Origin: Thermodesulfobacteriota bacterium
GTDB lineage: Bacteria; Desulfobacterota_D; UBA1144; Nemesobacterales; JAJCZQ01
Length of the DNA: 64,000 bases
Direction of reading: 5' to 3'
Assembly: GCA_965203965.1 (NCBI GenBank)
Contig: CBDBDR010000015.1
Span: 1 to 64,000, forward strand
Below, in pieces: positions 1-13,817 of this stretch (the stretch's first letter is position 1; every line of letters starts with the position of its first letter). Below the pieces are notes generated by a model. That model was not told where the DNA came from. It worked only from the letters and a program-made list of their open reading frames with translations, and ran no database searches. A program made the translations under genes and the position numbers.

Positions 1-3000
1 AGCCATGTGCCTGCTTTGCTGATGGATCAGACTCCACAGAGTGCAATCAGATCACTGGAGCTTGCAACTGCCTTCCTAACTACTCTGGGCTGCAGTGTAA
101 CGAGTGTGCAACTGGTCGATATAATATCTCTGACGGCTGCCCGACTTGTGGATGTGATTCAGCAGGCACCATTGCTGGTCAGATTGCTCAGTGTAACTCC
201 ATTACTGGACAGTGTGACTGCAAGACTAATGTCATGGGTCGTATCTGTGACACATGCCGCACCAACTTTACTATCTAGACCTTGCTAACGTTGATGGTTG
301 CAGTCCTTGTGATTGTCTTGCTAACAACATTGACTCTAGTAGTAGCATTCTTTGTGATCCCGTCTCTCAGCAGTGTGTCTGTTTGCCCTCAGCAATTGGA
401 CTTGATTGCAGCATGTGTGAAAGTGGCTTCTTCATGAGCGATGCTAGCTTATGCATACCATGTGAATGCAACTCAACAGGAGCAGTTAACAATGTCTGTA
501 ATGCTACTAGTGGAGACTGTACTTGTGTGAACAGTGGAGTGATGGGACAGACATGTGATAGTTGTAGACCAGGATTCTATCAGTTCCCAAGGTGAGACAT
601 CATTTTAACCAAATTTCTTTAATCAATGCTACTATTTCTTCTACAGTTGTCTACAGTGTCAGTGTAATGCTGCGGGCTCTGTCTCATCCACTATCTGTGA
701 TGTTGTTTCTGGAGAGTGCCAGTGTAAAGCAAATGTTGAAGGTTTGAACTGTGACACATGCAAGAACGGATTTCAGATTCTAGATCAGAATAACCCATTT
801 GGCTGTTCAGCAGGTCAGTCAATTAGTTTATTATCAGTTGCTCAAATGTACCATTAAATGTTCAGAACTGCTTTATAGTCATTTTATCTACACAGCTCCA
901 GCTCAACAAGCTCCACCCACATTGCTACCAGAAAGCTCCTCTACTGTACTGCTGACATGGCTACCTCCTGAGTCTCCTAACGGAATCATCACTCTTTATC
1001 GATTGTTCAGAGGCAGTGACAACATTGCCAACACCAGTGGACAGGTTCTGAACTACACAGACACTAGTCTGAGTCCAAACACTGTCTACTTGTATGCAGT
1101 GGAGTCGGTTAATATTATTGGCTCTGCTAAGAGTGTTGAGCTATCTGTGAGGACTCAAGAGGCTCCTCCTACTGGTGTGCTTCCTCCCACTCTAACTCCA
1201 GTAAACTCTACAGCAGTACAGGCTATGTGGCAGGCACCATCCATACCAAATGGTGTAATTCAGCGCTACGAACTACGTATTGTAGCTATAAACGGACAAT
1301 CATTATCACAATACATTGTTGCTTTCACTGGTCTGGCTTTCTCTGCTGGTGCGGTGAACTTGCAACCATTCACAACCCACACCTTTGTAATCACAGCCTG
1401 CACAATGGGAGGATGTACCTCTAGCTCTGGAGTGGATGTACAGACACTAGAAGATGCTCCTCTCTTTCAACCTGCTCCAAACGTGACATCGATCAATTCT
1501 ACTGCATTCACCTTGACATGGACTAGCCCAGATCAACCAAATGGAGTCATCACTGGATACACATTGTTTCAACGAGAATCACCTTTCACAGGCAATGGTG
1601 CAATGGTTGGGAGCGTGTCCAGTGAACCCTTGTCACTGGTGGTTGGAGGTCTACAGCCGTTCACACCATATGAGTTCCGTGTTGTATCAGCTACTAGTGC
1701 TGGCAGTACACCGAGTGCCTGGACTAGAGAGACCACACTAGAGGATGGTGAGTGCACTACTGCTGTGCATATTACTATCATAATTGTATTTTCTCATAGT
1801 ACCTAGTGGAGTGCAGTCACCTCTATTGACTGTTCTTGGACCGACAAGTATTCGTGTAAGCTGGATCCAGCCTCAGGTCCCTAATGGAGTCATACTACGA
1901 TATGAAGTGTACCAGTTGCCCTCAGTACTGTTGGTTAATGCGACCACAACTGGTTCTCATGATGTTACTGGACTGAGCCCCAACACATTGTACCAGTTCA
2001 TAGTGACTGTGTGTACAGCAGTTGGCTGTACCAGCAGTGTACCTGCAACAGCATCTACCAGTGAGAGCGGTAAGTACAGTATTGTGTACTTAGTAATTTT
2101 TACCATGTTTCCTATCTCAGCTCCCATGGGATTGTCAGCACCATCTGCTATGACTCTCAATTCTTCAAGTATTCGTCTTCAATGGACACCACCTACACAA
2201 CCAAATGGAGACATCACTGGATATTTTCTTCAACGCAGGCGTCCCAGTATTGTACCATCCCGAAGAGACCACGGAGTAGCATTCTATGGTACTCACTTTG
2301 CTTCCTTCCCTCCATCAACCAGCTTATCTGGGTTCAGTATTAGCTTGTCGCTGTGGTTTCGCACTAGTCGACCTAGTGGTGTGCTGGTGTATGCAATCTC
2401 TGAGAGCAGGTCAGACATGATAGCAATTGAGCTAAGAGCAGGAGTGCCTTGGTTTATCTTTGATTCCGGAAGTGGTCCTGGCGCTATTAGACCAGCTACT
2501 AATGTTACATTCAATGACGGTCGCTGGCACACACTATCCATCAATCTAGTCGGCAGAGATGGAACTATTTCTGTGGACAATATGTATTCAGGTAGTGGAT
2601 CTTCCATTGGAGTGAATCAGTTTATTGGAGTAGCCAGTGTACTTTATGTTGGTGGCTTGGCTGACGGGGCACCATTGTCTTCAGCTCAGGGATCATCCAA
2701 CCCATCGGCTACATTGATTGGAGGCAGCTTCACTGGTTGTCTCTTCAATGTGATGTTCAATGCAGCAACGTTGGATTTCAGTACTCAACTCAACCCATCC
2801 AGTGGAGTTGGTCTACCAGGAACTGGCTGCCTAGTTGATACCGAGCCTGGTGTATCATTCATTGGCGGAGGCTATCTTCAACTGTCACCTCTAAATATTT
2901 CTTCCAATACTATCTTCACCATCTCTTTGAGTTTCCGCACCACCAAACCAACTGGTGTGTTGCTTTTTGCTTATGGCAGTAACTCTCATGTTCTACTAGA

Positions 3001-6000
3001 AGTGATCAACTCATCAGTTTCTCTTAGAGTGAAAGGTAGTAACACAAATGAGCAATCTCTTCTAAGCAATCAGCAGGTTTGCAATGGGCAATGGCACCAA
3101 GTTGAAATCTACCGAGAATCAGATGGCGTGATACTGAATGTGGATGGACAGGCTAAGGGAGTGGCTGTGAATAACCTTAATCTTGGTGCCCTCTCAAGTA
3201 CATTCCTAGGAGGTGTACAGCCTACTGCACAGGGAACCTTCACTACCATTACTGGTAGAATGGTGGACGAGTATAGTGGTTGTATGAGAGCATTGAGTGT
3301 CAATAATGCAGTGGTGGACATGTATGGTTCCAGAGAGAGCTTGGAGCTTGTGAGGTATGGAGGCTGTGGGAACAGCACCAGCAACACAGCTCTAGCTTGC
3401 AGTACGGGAGATAGTGAGCTCAATGTGGGTGTGACTACCTCTCGTGACGACAGTCAACTTGATCCATTCACAGGTGAGCATAGAGATGCTGTATTCATTA
3501 TTAACCATGCTGTTTTGTATTTTTAGAGTACCTTTATCGTGTATCAGCTGTCAATTCTGCTGGAAGGACAGCAAGTAGCTGGTCACTTGGAATAACTCAG
3601 CATTCAAGTAATCACACACTCACTTCAATACACTGGATATAACATGCTCTTTCTCTTAGATCCAAGTGAAGTAGGTCAAGTGTTGGTAACTGGGAGCACA
3701 TCTACAAGTATCTCAGTATCATGGCAACCACCCTCACAGCCCAATGGTATCATAGTGAGGTACACTGTGGCTGGTACTCCCGTGAGCACTGTGGGTCTGG
3801 CTACACCATCCGCAACTACTGTAACACAGGACCTGCTCATTAATGTATGGTTTTACTCATTTTTTTGCTACATGTTGACGTTTATCTCATTCTAAAGGAA
3901 CCTGAAGTGAGCTTGATGACAACCCTCTCAGGACTGCAACCAGCTACAAACTACTCACTTGTTCTCACAGCTGCTACCAATGGTGGAGATACCAGTGGAA
4001 TCCCAACATATCACCTGACTGGAGAAAATGGTATTGCAGTAGTAGTTAACCAATGAGTCCTTGCATTATGGGCTTTGTTCTGTAGTCCCTGTTGGAGTCC
4101 AGACGCCTCTTGTTGTAGCAAGGACCTCTAGCTCACTCTCGTTCTCATGGAATCCTCCAATTCAACCAAATGGCATCATCACATCTTACCAGTTGTTCAT
4201 TGGTACTTCAAGTATATCTGCAGGAACAGGATTGTCTGCTTCAATCAGTAACCTGACTCCATTCACTAACTACCAGTACTTCTTGCAGGCCTGCACTGCT
4301 ATTGGATGTGCTAACAGCTCTGTTGGATCCAACATCACTTTGTCTGCCAGCCCTGAAGGAGTCGCTCCTCCTACCCTTATTGCTCTCAGCCCGACAAGTG
4401 TTCGAGCAACTTGGACTATCCCTACCACTCCAAATGGAATCATCACCTCCTATAGTCTAGTGCACATGTTTGGACCAGGACTGTCTCAGCAAGAAACCCT
4501 CTTCACTGGACTGCAGCTGGAAGCTGTGGTGTCAAATCTGACTGCTAACACACGGTATTACTTCAGTGTGGTAGCACGTACTAATGGTGGTGAGACAGCT
4601 AGTACTGCAGCCAATGTGACTACATCTGAAGACATTCCTGACTGCATCAGTCCTCCACAGGTCACTACCATTAACTCTACTGCACTCAGAGTTGACTGGG
4701 GAGTGCCTTGTGAACCAAATGGAGTTATAACAGAATACAGATTGCTCCAGAATGATCAAGTTATCTTCACTGGTCTAGAAATGACATATCTAGTCACTGG
4801 TCTGGAGCCCTTTACCGAGTACTCTTTCACTATCATGGCTTGCACTGCTAAAGGATGTGGCGCCAGCTCTCCCGCTACCCAACGTACTGCAGAGGCTACT
4901 CCCACAGAATACAATCCACCTAATGTGACTGATACACAGACGAACACAGCCACTATTGTTATCAACCCAGTCAACCAACCTAATGGAATAGTACAGTACA
5001 TACTGACAATGACAGGAGAGTTTTTACTGGCTCCCACTCCTCCTGGTGGCGAGCGAAACAGCACTCTAGAAACCAAAGTGGTCTACAGCAGTACTGAGGT
5101 GGGGACTGTAATCATCAGCAATCTGGTACCATTCTTTGAGTATCAATGTGTGCTTAATGTGACTAACAGTGCTGGGAGTTTGGTTGGTGACTCCTTCTCA
5201 TTAATGACAGCACCAGCAGGTATGTAAAGCATCAAAAGTGCTTTAGATATTTTATCATTATACTCTCTTTCAAAACAGCTCCAGAAGGTCTTTCTCCTCC
5301 TGTCCTCTCACTCTCCTCTGCTACTGTTGTGATGGCTACCTGGTCTGCTCCTATTCATTCTAACGGCATCCTCACTAGATACCAGGTAGCAATCACAGCT
5401 CCCTCTCCAGGGCTGGTAATGGAGGTGGCTGCCAGTGCAACCAACGCTGTACTCTTTCTTGATCTACCTCCTTTCACGACTCACACAGTCTCTGTGACAG
5501 CCATAAACTCTGCTGGTAACATTACAAGTGCTGAAACAACAATAATTACTGGAGAAACAGGTGAGAATTATAGCCTCATACTCAAATATCGACAGAAAAA
5601 ATGACTGATTTCTATTCCTTCAGATCCAAGTGATTTCGACCCTATTGCTTCCCCATCAGTGGGGTCTAGACAGCTCAATATTTCATGGGACCCTCCAGCA
5701 CGTCCAAATGGAGTAATTGTTAACTACACTATTCTACTGGACGATGAACAGGAAGGAGTGGTCGATGCTAGTGTGACTTCATTCACAGTATCACAACTCG
5801 ATCCGTTCACTGACTACAGCATCAGTATAGAGACTTGCAACAGTATCGGCTGTGTTGAGAACACTCCAGTGAATGTGACAACAGCTGAAGATGGTTAGCA
5901 TGTACATATAACACACAATATTATACACATACGTACCCTACTAATGTATCTATTACACTTGAACTATCTTGATCACTCTTGTCTTTTTATAGTTCCAGAG

Positions 6001-9000
6001 AATATGTCAGCTCCTGTTCTTACCACTACAACTGATGGTTCTATTGTCATCTCCTGGCAACCTCCTCTGTTGCCTCATGGCGTCATCATACGCTATCGAG
6101 TAGAAAGATCGATGAGCGCTCCTGACAGCTTCTCTCAAGTAGCAACTGTCTCTAGTAGTACACTCACATACACAGACACCAGCCTCACTCCCTTCAGTGT
6201 ATATCGGTATCGCATCATAGCTGAGAACAGTGCAGGACAAGTAACTGGTCCTTTTGCAGCAATTCAAACACCAGAAGCTGGTAAACAGGTCCATTACACC
6301 CAACATCAGTGCACAGAATACACCTCACTTAAAGAGCATCATACATACATACTTTCTAATCTAAGTTACTTGCTCTTTATTTCTCTTTCCTAGCTCCTGC
6401 TGGTGTTTCACCTCCTGTACTTATGGCGTTGTCATATTCTGCTATCCTGGTCACCATTCTTCCGCCAGCCCAGCTGAACGGGATCATATCTTCGTACAAT
6501 ATCACTCGTGCACCATCGACCACCTTCACCATCTCCTTCCCTGATACTACAGCCCCTAACGTCACCATCACTGACTCCACTCTCCTACCGGTCACTACCT
6601 ACACCTACACTGTCACAGCGTGCACATCAGCAGGCTGTACAACAAGTATGGAAGCTACAGAGGCAACACTAGAGGGACCACCAACTTCACTGCTTCCACC
6701 AGAAACAGAGACACTGTCTGAAAACTCCATCATGGTGTCCTGGCAGCCTCCTTCAAACCCAAATGGAGTACTGCTGGGCTTTCGTCTACTGAGAGCTAGC
6801 ATTGGTTACAGCAGTTCTTCTCCAACTCCAAGCTGCTGTGAACAGCTACAGATGAACATCTCTCTTGATAGTAATTGTGGTCTTGTAGCACAAATCCCTG
6901 CATCAGCTCTTAGCTACACTGATGCTGGACTGGAACCATACTCATTCTACCGATATTGTGTAATAGTGTTCAATGCAGCTGGTTCTACCTACAGCAATTT
7001 CTCAGATTCGACTCAAACTCTTCCAGCTCCTATGCCTGCAGATGGTCCTGTCACTACAGCTGTTGCTATCAACAGCACTGCTATTCAGATATCATGGACG
7101 CCTCTAGATGTATCAGTACTTCTTGGTCCTCTCAGCGAGTACACACTACTCATGGAAGAAAGTGAAGACCAACAGGTGGAAATCTTTTCTGGTACCGATG
7201 AGAGTTTCACTGTAACTGGCTTGATGCCCAGCACCAAATATACATTTGTGGTAAGCTATACCAGTGAAACAACTAGGCAAAACACACTTGTGTATCTATT
7301 AGGTTGAAGTGAACAACACTCGAGGCACAGCACTCGGTAATGCAACATCAGCGACTACCCTTGATGGAAGTAAGCTCATTATACTCACATTGCATCAGTC
7401 TCACTTGCTCTTTCTTTCATCTCTTAGTACCTGAGAATCTTCCTGCTCCCAGTGTATTGGCTATTAATGGTACCGCCATTATCATTGAGTGGGTTGAGCC
7501 TATCATTCCCAATGGATTCATCATAATATACACAGTGCTTCTGTAAGACTTTAGCAACCATACTCAAATCTCATCTTTAAGTTCCTCTCACCACAGAAAT
7601 AGCGTACAGATTCACAACCAGACCACTGTTGGATCACTTGTTGTGAGCGATTTAAAGCCTTTCACTCTCTACTCAGCTCAGATCACAGCCTGCACAGTGT
7701 TTGGCTGTACTAGTAGTCCAGTAGCTTCTAACAGAACATCAGAGACAAGTAAGCAATCAATGAGAGGTCATACCAATTGCACGTCTAATGTGTGTATTGT
7801 CTTTCATCCTCAGCTCCATTTGGTCTTGGGTCTCCATCACTCACTGTTCTTGGACCAGATAACATTCGAGTTACTTGGAGTAAGTCAATTTCTAACCGTG
7901 TATGCTTCTATTATCATCGTTTCTTTGATCAGATGAACCCCTTGATTCCAATGGTATCATCACCAGGTACGATCTCCACCAGGCTACCTGCGAGGAAGAC
8001 AATCCATGCAACTTCTCGGTTATCTTTTCTAGCTTAGGCTTCAATACATCTGCTATGGATCTAGATCCTCACACTTCTTACGGTTTTCGAGTTGAGGCTG
8101 TTAACAGCGCTGGATCTGTGTTTAGTGAGACTTCTTTTCAAACGACAGATGAAGATGCTCCTTCTTCAGTTGCAGCTCCTTATCCAGCAAGTGTGTCTTC
8201 TTCTTCCATCACGGTCACTTGGCAGTCGCCTGAACAGGCCAATGGTGTGATCACCTCATATCAGCTCTATCGTGATGATGAGGAGATATTCACTGGACTT
8301 GCTACCTCTTTTACAGACACTGGATTGACTCCATTCACTAGCTATAACTATATAGTAGAAGCTTGCACCAATGGTGGTTGCACTAACAGCAGTGTGGTAA
8401 TGAACACCACAATGGAAGCTGTGCCAGCTGGTTTCAATGATCCAATAGTGTCTCTTGTACAAGCTCGTTCACTCATTCTCACTTGGTCTTCTCCATCAAT
8501 GCCCAATGGAGTAATCCTGTACTACACTTTATCCTATGGCAACGGTACTGTGGTATCTAACAGCACTGCTCTTGCTGCTACAGTCACTGGGCTGTCTCCA
8601 TTCACAAACTATTCATTCTTGGTCATGGCTTGCAATACCGCAGGATGCTCCCAGACTAGCCTGATTACTCAGCAAACACAGGAAGCAGTACCAGAGGAGG
8701 TATTTCCACCTGATGTTAGAGATCTGTCCACCACATCAGTCGAGATAACATGGATGGAGCCAGGCAAACCAAATGGTATCATAACAAACTACACCATTCG
8801 ACGTGATGGAGTCGTCATCTTCCAGGGTCTTGCATTTGAATTGATCGACACAGATTTAGTTGGAGATGTGTTATACATGTATACAGTAGAGTCCGTTAAT
8901 GCAGCTGGTGGAACTGTGAGTTCCGTAACAAATATCAGAACTAGAGTAGGTATTCCCGAGGGTCTGGCACCTCCCAATCTAACTGTCATTAACTCAACTG

Positions 9001-12000
9001 CTATTCTGGCTGTATGGACACAGCCGATAAAAGACAATGGACAAATTTTCAACTATACTCTCTCTGTGAATCAAATGATGTTCTTCATGGGTCTGCAGTT
9101 TGACTACACTATTGTTGACTTAACACCATTCACATCATATTCTGTCTTTATCCAAGCCTGTAATCTGGCTGGATGTGCTAGCAGCACAACAGCAATGGCT
9201 GAGACAGATGCTGCTTTACCCGGGATCCCTCTCCCCCCGACTCTCGTTGCTCTTGATTCTAATGTAGTTGAAGTGTCTTGGACTGCTCCAGCAGAACCAA
9301 ATGGAATCATATCTTCTTACTTCATCTTCCGAAGGCTACCAGGATCGTTTCCACTAGTGAACTTTCAGAGCTCGTCTCCCGCAAGTTTTAATAGCACTGG
9401 CCTCAGTCCTTATACTGTCTATGAGTATAGAGTTAGAGTAGTCAATCAGGTTGGATTCACTGAAAGTGAGTACGTTGAAGTGAGAACACTGGAGGCCTTA
9501 CCAACCAATCTTAACCCACCATCTTTTCCTCAGTCAGGAATCAATGCAAATAATGTAACAGCTCAATGGACTCCACCTGCACAACCCAATGGAGTAATCA
9601 CCAGTTATAGGCTGTTTTATCGTATTCCACTTGACCCAGTAACAAACTCTCCCGGAACACCCATTTTAGCTGCTACGGTACAACCGAATATTACCACAGC
9701 AGTAGTAACTGGACTTAGCCCATTCACCTCCTATGAGTTTCGTATCATTGCTGTAAATGGTGCAGGAGAAGGAGTGAGCATATGGGAGCTGGTTACTACA
9801 GGAGAGGCTCTGCCTAATGGTATCAGTCCTATTATTGTGGAGCTAAGGACAGCAGAGACACTTGTTCTACGATGGGATCCACCCAGCATGCCTAATGGTG
9901 TTATACAAGAGTATCAGCTTTTCTTGGATGGAGAGAGAGTGTTTCACAATTCGCTCACAATGTACACTGTCATGAGACTAGACCCGTTTACAACTTACAC
10001 TATTCATCTCTCTGTGTGCAACTCTGCGGGCTGCACTGACGGTACACCACAATCAGTCACCACATCTGAAGCACCTCCTGAGAACCAGCAAGTTCCCACA
10101 CTAACTGTCATCACACCTTATTCTCTCCGAGTCAGTTGGGATACTCCTCTAAATCCTAATGGAATTGTTACTCAATTTGAAGTTTTGCGAGTGGCAGGTA
10201 CTCAACCACCTCCCAGTAACCTCACTGGAGTGCTGACACTGTTCTCAACAATGTCATCTATAAGAGAATACAATGACACAACTGTGCTACCCGCCAGTGG
10301 ATACCAGTATGCCATACGTACAACAAACAATGCAGGAGAGACCGTCAGTCCCTTCCTGTTCATTCTAATGCCTGAAGCTGCCCCAGTTGGTATTTCTACT
10401 CCTTCACTTGATGCCACAGGACCTACTTCAATTCAGACCACTTGGACGCCACCTACCATGCCAAATGGTGTGATCACAGTCTATCAGCTGTTCCGAGTGG
10501 AACCTGATGACAATATAGTATCTGTGTACACTGGACAAAACCCTACATTCACTGACACTGGACTTAGTCCATTTACGTTATACAGCTATTTCTTGCAAGC
10601 ATGCACAGCTGGTGGGTGCGGCAATGGTTCCATGGCAATGCAGAGAACAGATGAGACAATACCAGAGGGGCTGAGCGCACCTGTTGCGACTGCTTTGAGT
10701 GCAAATAACATATCTATCACATGGCAGCCTCCTCAGACACCAAATGGCATCATCACAGAGTATCGGGTCACGATACAGTACAGCATTGGCAACCAACAAC
10801 CTGTCATACAGATCACTGTAACAAGCCTTTCAACAATTGTGACTAACTTGCCAATTTATACTGTCATCAATATGACTCTACAGGCCTGTACTAGTGCTGG
10901 CTGTGTATTAAGTGAACCAAGCTATGTCAGAACACTTGAAGACAACCCAACAGGAGTGCAGCCACCCATGGTATTAGCAGTAGGACCAGCAGCTGTACAG
11001 GTAAACTGGAGTGCACCTTTGCAGCCCAATGGGATCATTCTAGCATTTGTCTTGAGAAGAAACAACTCAGTTGTATATGAAGGAAGCACTCTGTCTTTCA
11101 CTGACACTGGACTGCTACCATTCACATACTACACATACGATGTGCAGGCTAACAACAGTGCTGGGTATAGTACGAGAAGCAATGGAGCCAATGTACAGAC
11201 ACTGGTAGACACGCCAACCAATGTTGCAGCACCAACACTAGTACCTCTTAGCCCTACTTCAATACTTGCCTCATGGACAGAACCAACCGTACCTGATGGA
11301 GCAGCAGTTATGGAGTACAGACTCTATGTAAATGATCAAGTGAGACACCAAGGTGATAGTAACATTCTCCAACAAGTCGTGTCAGGTCTGGAAATATTCA
11401 CAACCTATCAGTTCCTTATTGAAGCTTGCACCACCACATGTGCCAACAGTTCAATATCCTTATCAACCACTCTTTCTGATCTTCCTGAGGGACAAGGTGC
11501 TCCTATCCTCATTGCTCAGCCAAATGCTGTTGTTAACATCACATGGTCTCCCCCAGCAAGCCCTAATGGAATCATAACCAGCTACACACTGGAAAGAAGG
11601 CAAATCATAAATGGATCGCCTTCAGCTATAAGTACAATATTTTCAGGACTAGCCTTGAGTTATATTGACCAAGACGCTATTCTTGTTCCTGCTCTACAAT
11701 ACGAATACAGAGTGACATCTATGAATGATCGAGGCAACAGTGTTAGTGATTTTACTGGAGTTGTTCTGTTGGAGGAAGTGCCTGAAGGAGTTCCAGGTCC
11801 ACAGCTTGTTAACAAAACACATACTACTGTCACTCTTTCTCTGTCTCCTCCTTCCATTCCTAATGGCAACCTCACACAGTTCCGTCTCTACCAAAACAGT
11901 CTGCTTATAGCAACAAGGATGCCCACTGGCTCTGCTGTTCTGCACACACTGACCAATCAAGTTCCATTCAGTCAATCAGAGTACTACTTTGAGGTCTGCA

Positions 12001-13647
12001 CTAGTGCAGGATGTACTGCTGGGGCGTCACTGGTTGTGAGAACCAATGAAGCACCTCCAGCTAATCTGCCGCCTCCTGTAGCATCTCAAGTGATGTTCAG
12101 GAGTATGGTTATCTCCTGGGTTCCACCAATCAACCCGAATGGAAATCTTACAAGGTTTGTGTGTGTGTGTGTGTGTGTGTGTGCAGTTGAATATCGTAAT
12201 TTTATCCATTTTCAGATATTCACTGTGGTTCAAGCTACCTTGTTCTCAGCCAGTTACCATACCTGCGTTGAATAGTGGATCTGAATGTCAGGGCAGCAAC
12301 ACCTACCAGCTGCTCTCACAGACTCTGTCCACCATCACATCAGTCACCTTCTCTAGCACTAACGGCACAACCATCGATCCTACTCCTTTCACAAACTATC
12401 AGTTCCTCCTGCAAGTTGAGAACAATGCTGGAGCTGTCAACTCATCAGAATCACTGATAGTTACCACATCTCCTGCTGGTGAGACATTGTTATATTTATT
12501 ATTTCCACAAAAAGGTATTATGTATGACTTGCATCATGCAGCTCCAGAAGTGAACAGCACAGGATTTATTCGATTTGAGATTCTGGATAATACTGCTATA
12601 CAACTGGACTGGAGTGAGACGTTTCTCCTAAACGGAATACTGCAATACTATGAACTGATTGGAACTAATGAAGTGGGAGAAGATGTATCCAAGAGTCAAG
12701 GCTCAACACAATCTAGGACATTGATTGGTGAACCACGTGGAATAAGTAAGTCGAAAAAGAGCCAGCAAGAAAATGATGCATTATTGTCTGTTTGCAGGAT
12801 TAAGATATGTTGTAAGAGCAGTCTCCACAGAAGGGCAGATTGACAGTACACCACTGTTTCTTCAGCTTCCTGATACTCCATCACCACCTAGTACGCATTG
12901 TTTGTGTATCTTTGCTGTTGATCATTCTTTTCTCTCTCTTTATTAGCTCTACCTCCCACCAATGGAACAGTCCCCTCTCCCTCTGTGACACCTGCTCTTG
13001 TTCCTTCTCCATTCTACCAACAGATCCCGTTCATTGTTGGAATGGTGATCCTGGCCTTGCTCCCAATTTGCATCATACTCATCATCATAGTGGCGTGCTG
13101 TCGTCCGAGGAAGAAGGACGATTACAAAGTCAGCACCTTGAAGTCTACGACCTCCTCACCAGACAAAGAACCAGGAACAGTACGAGGCAGCTGGACTCGT
13201 GATTTATCAGTGAGTACATAGAATGACATACTATGCAAGAACTTGATGCATAATGATACACTAGAGCAAATCCGTTATTTTTTATTCATTGTGGTATAGG
13301 TTAATCAATCTCAAGAGCCCAGTGAAGTAACAGTTGAGCCCAGCAGACCGCCATCACGACCAAGAAGCAGACCAAAGAAGCATCATTCACCAGTGAAGCC
13401 AGAACAAATGGTGCTGACAAATATTCACGCTGACACTTCACTAGGAGACACTGTGAGTAACTAAGTGACCATAGCTAAAGAATGACTGTTCACTTCTTCC
13501 TTGCAGCACATAGCAAGATTAAGCATGTATGATCCAAAACCACATCCGCACAAAAAGCAGTTGTCATCACCACCTTCTCTCAAACCATCATTTGAAGATC
13601 CTTCACTAGACTATCAAGAGACGATGTTTATGGATACAAAAATTTAG
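1..13647 (+). CDS. USH2A: Usherin-like protein, multi-exon, 5' end outside window: laminin-EGF repeats, FN3 repeats, two laminin-G domains, many more FN3 repeats, TM helix, cytoplasmic tail with PDZ-binding motif
   Basis: Laminin-EGF Cys pattern (1-813). Repeated FN3 motifs (W..P..PNG.I..Y; L.PFT.Y...V.AC...GC). Two LamG domains in ORF 1784-3526. TM IPFIVGMVILALLPICIILIIIVACC (~13024-13101). Ends ETMFMDTKI* (stop 13645-13647), resembling the human usherin DTHL terminus. Confidence 0.9.
12157..12183. repeat. (TG)n microsatellite in a usherin intron
   Basis: Run of tg dinucleotides just after the donor site. Confidence 0.9.
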
Positions 13648-13817
13648 CTAACAAATAGATATTTATAATAGATGCACAAGTAGCACTTAAGTAACAGACA
13701 GCACTTTATAAACATGAAAATGGCATAGCAATTTATACTATTTAATAACTAACAAAAATAATTACAAGTTGAAATAACAAAGCGTTGATTTATAGCTAGA
13801 ACACAATCACAAGAGTT

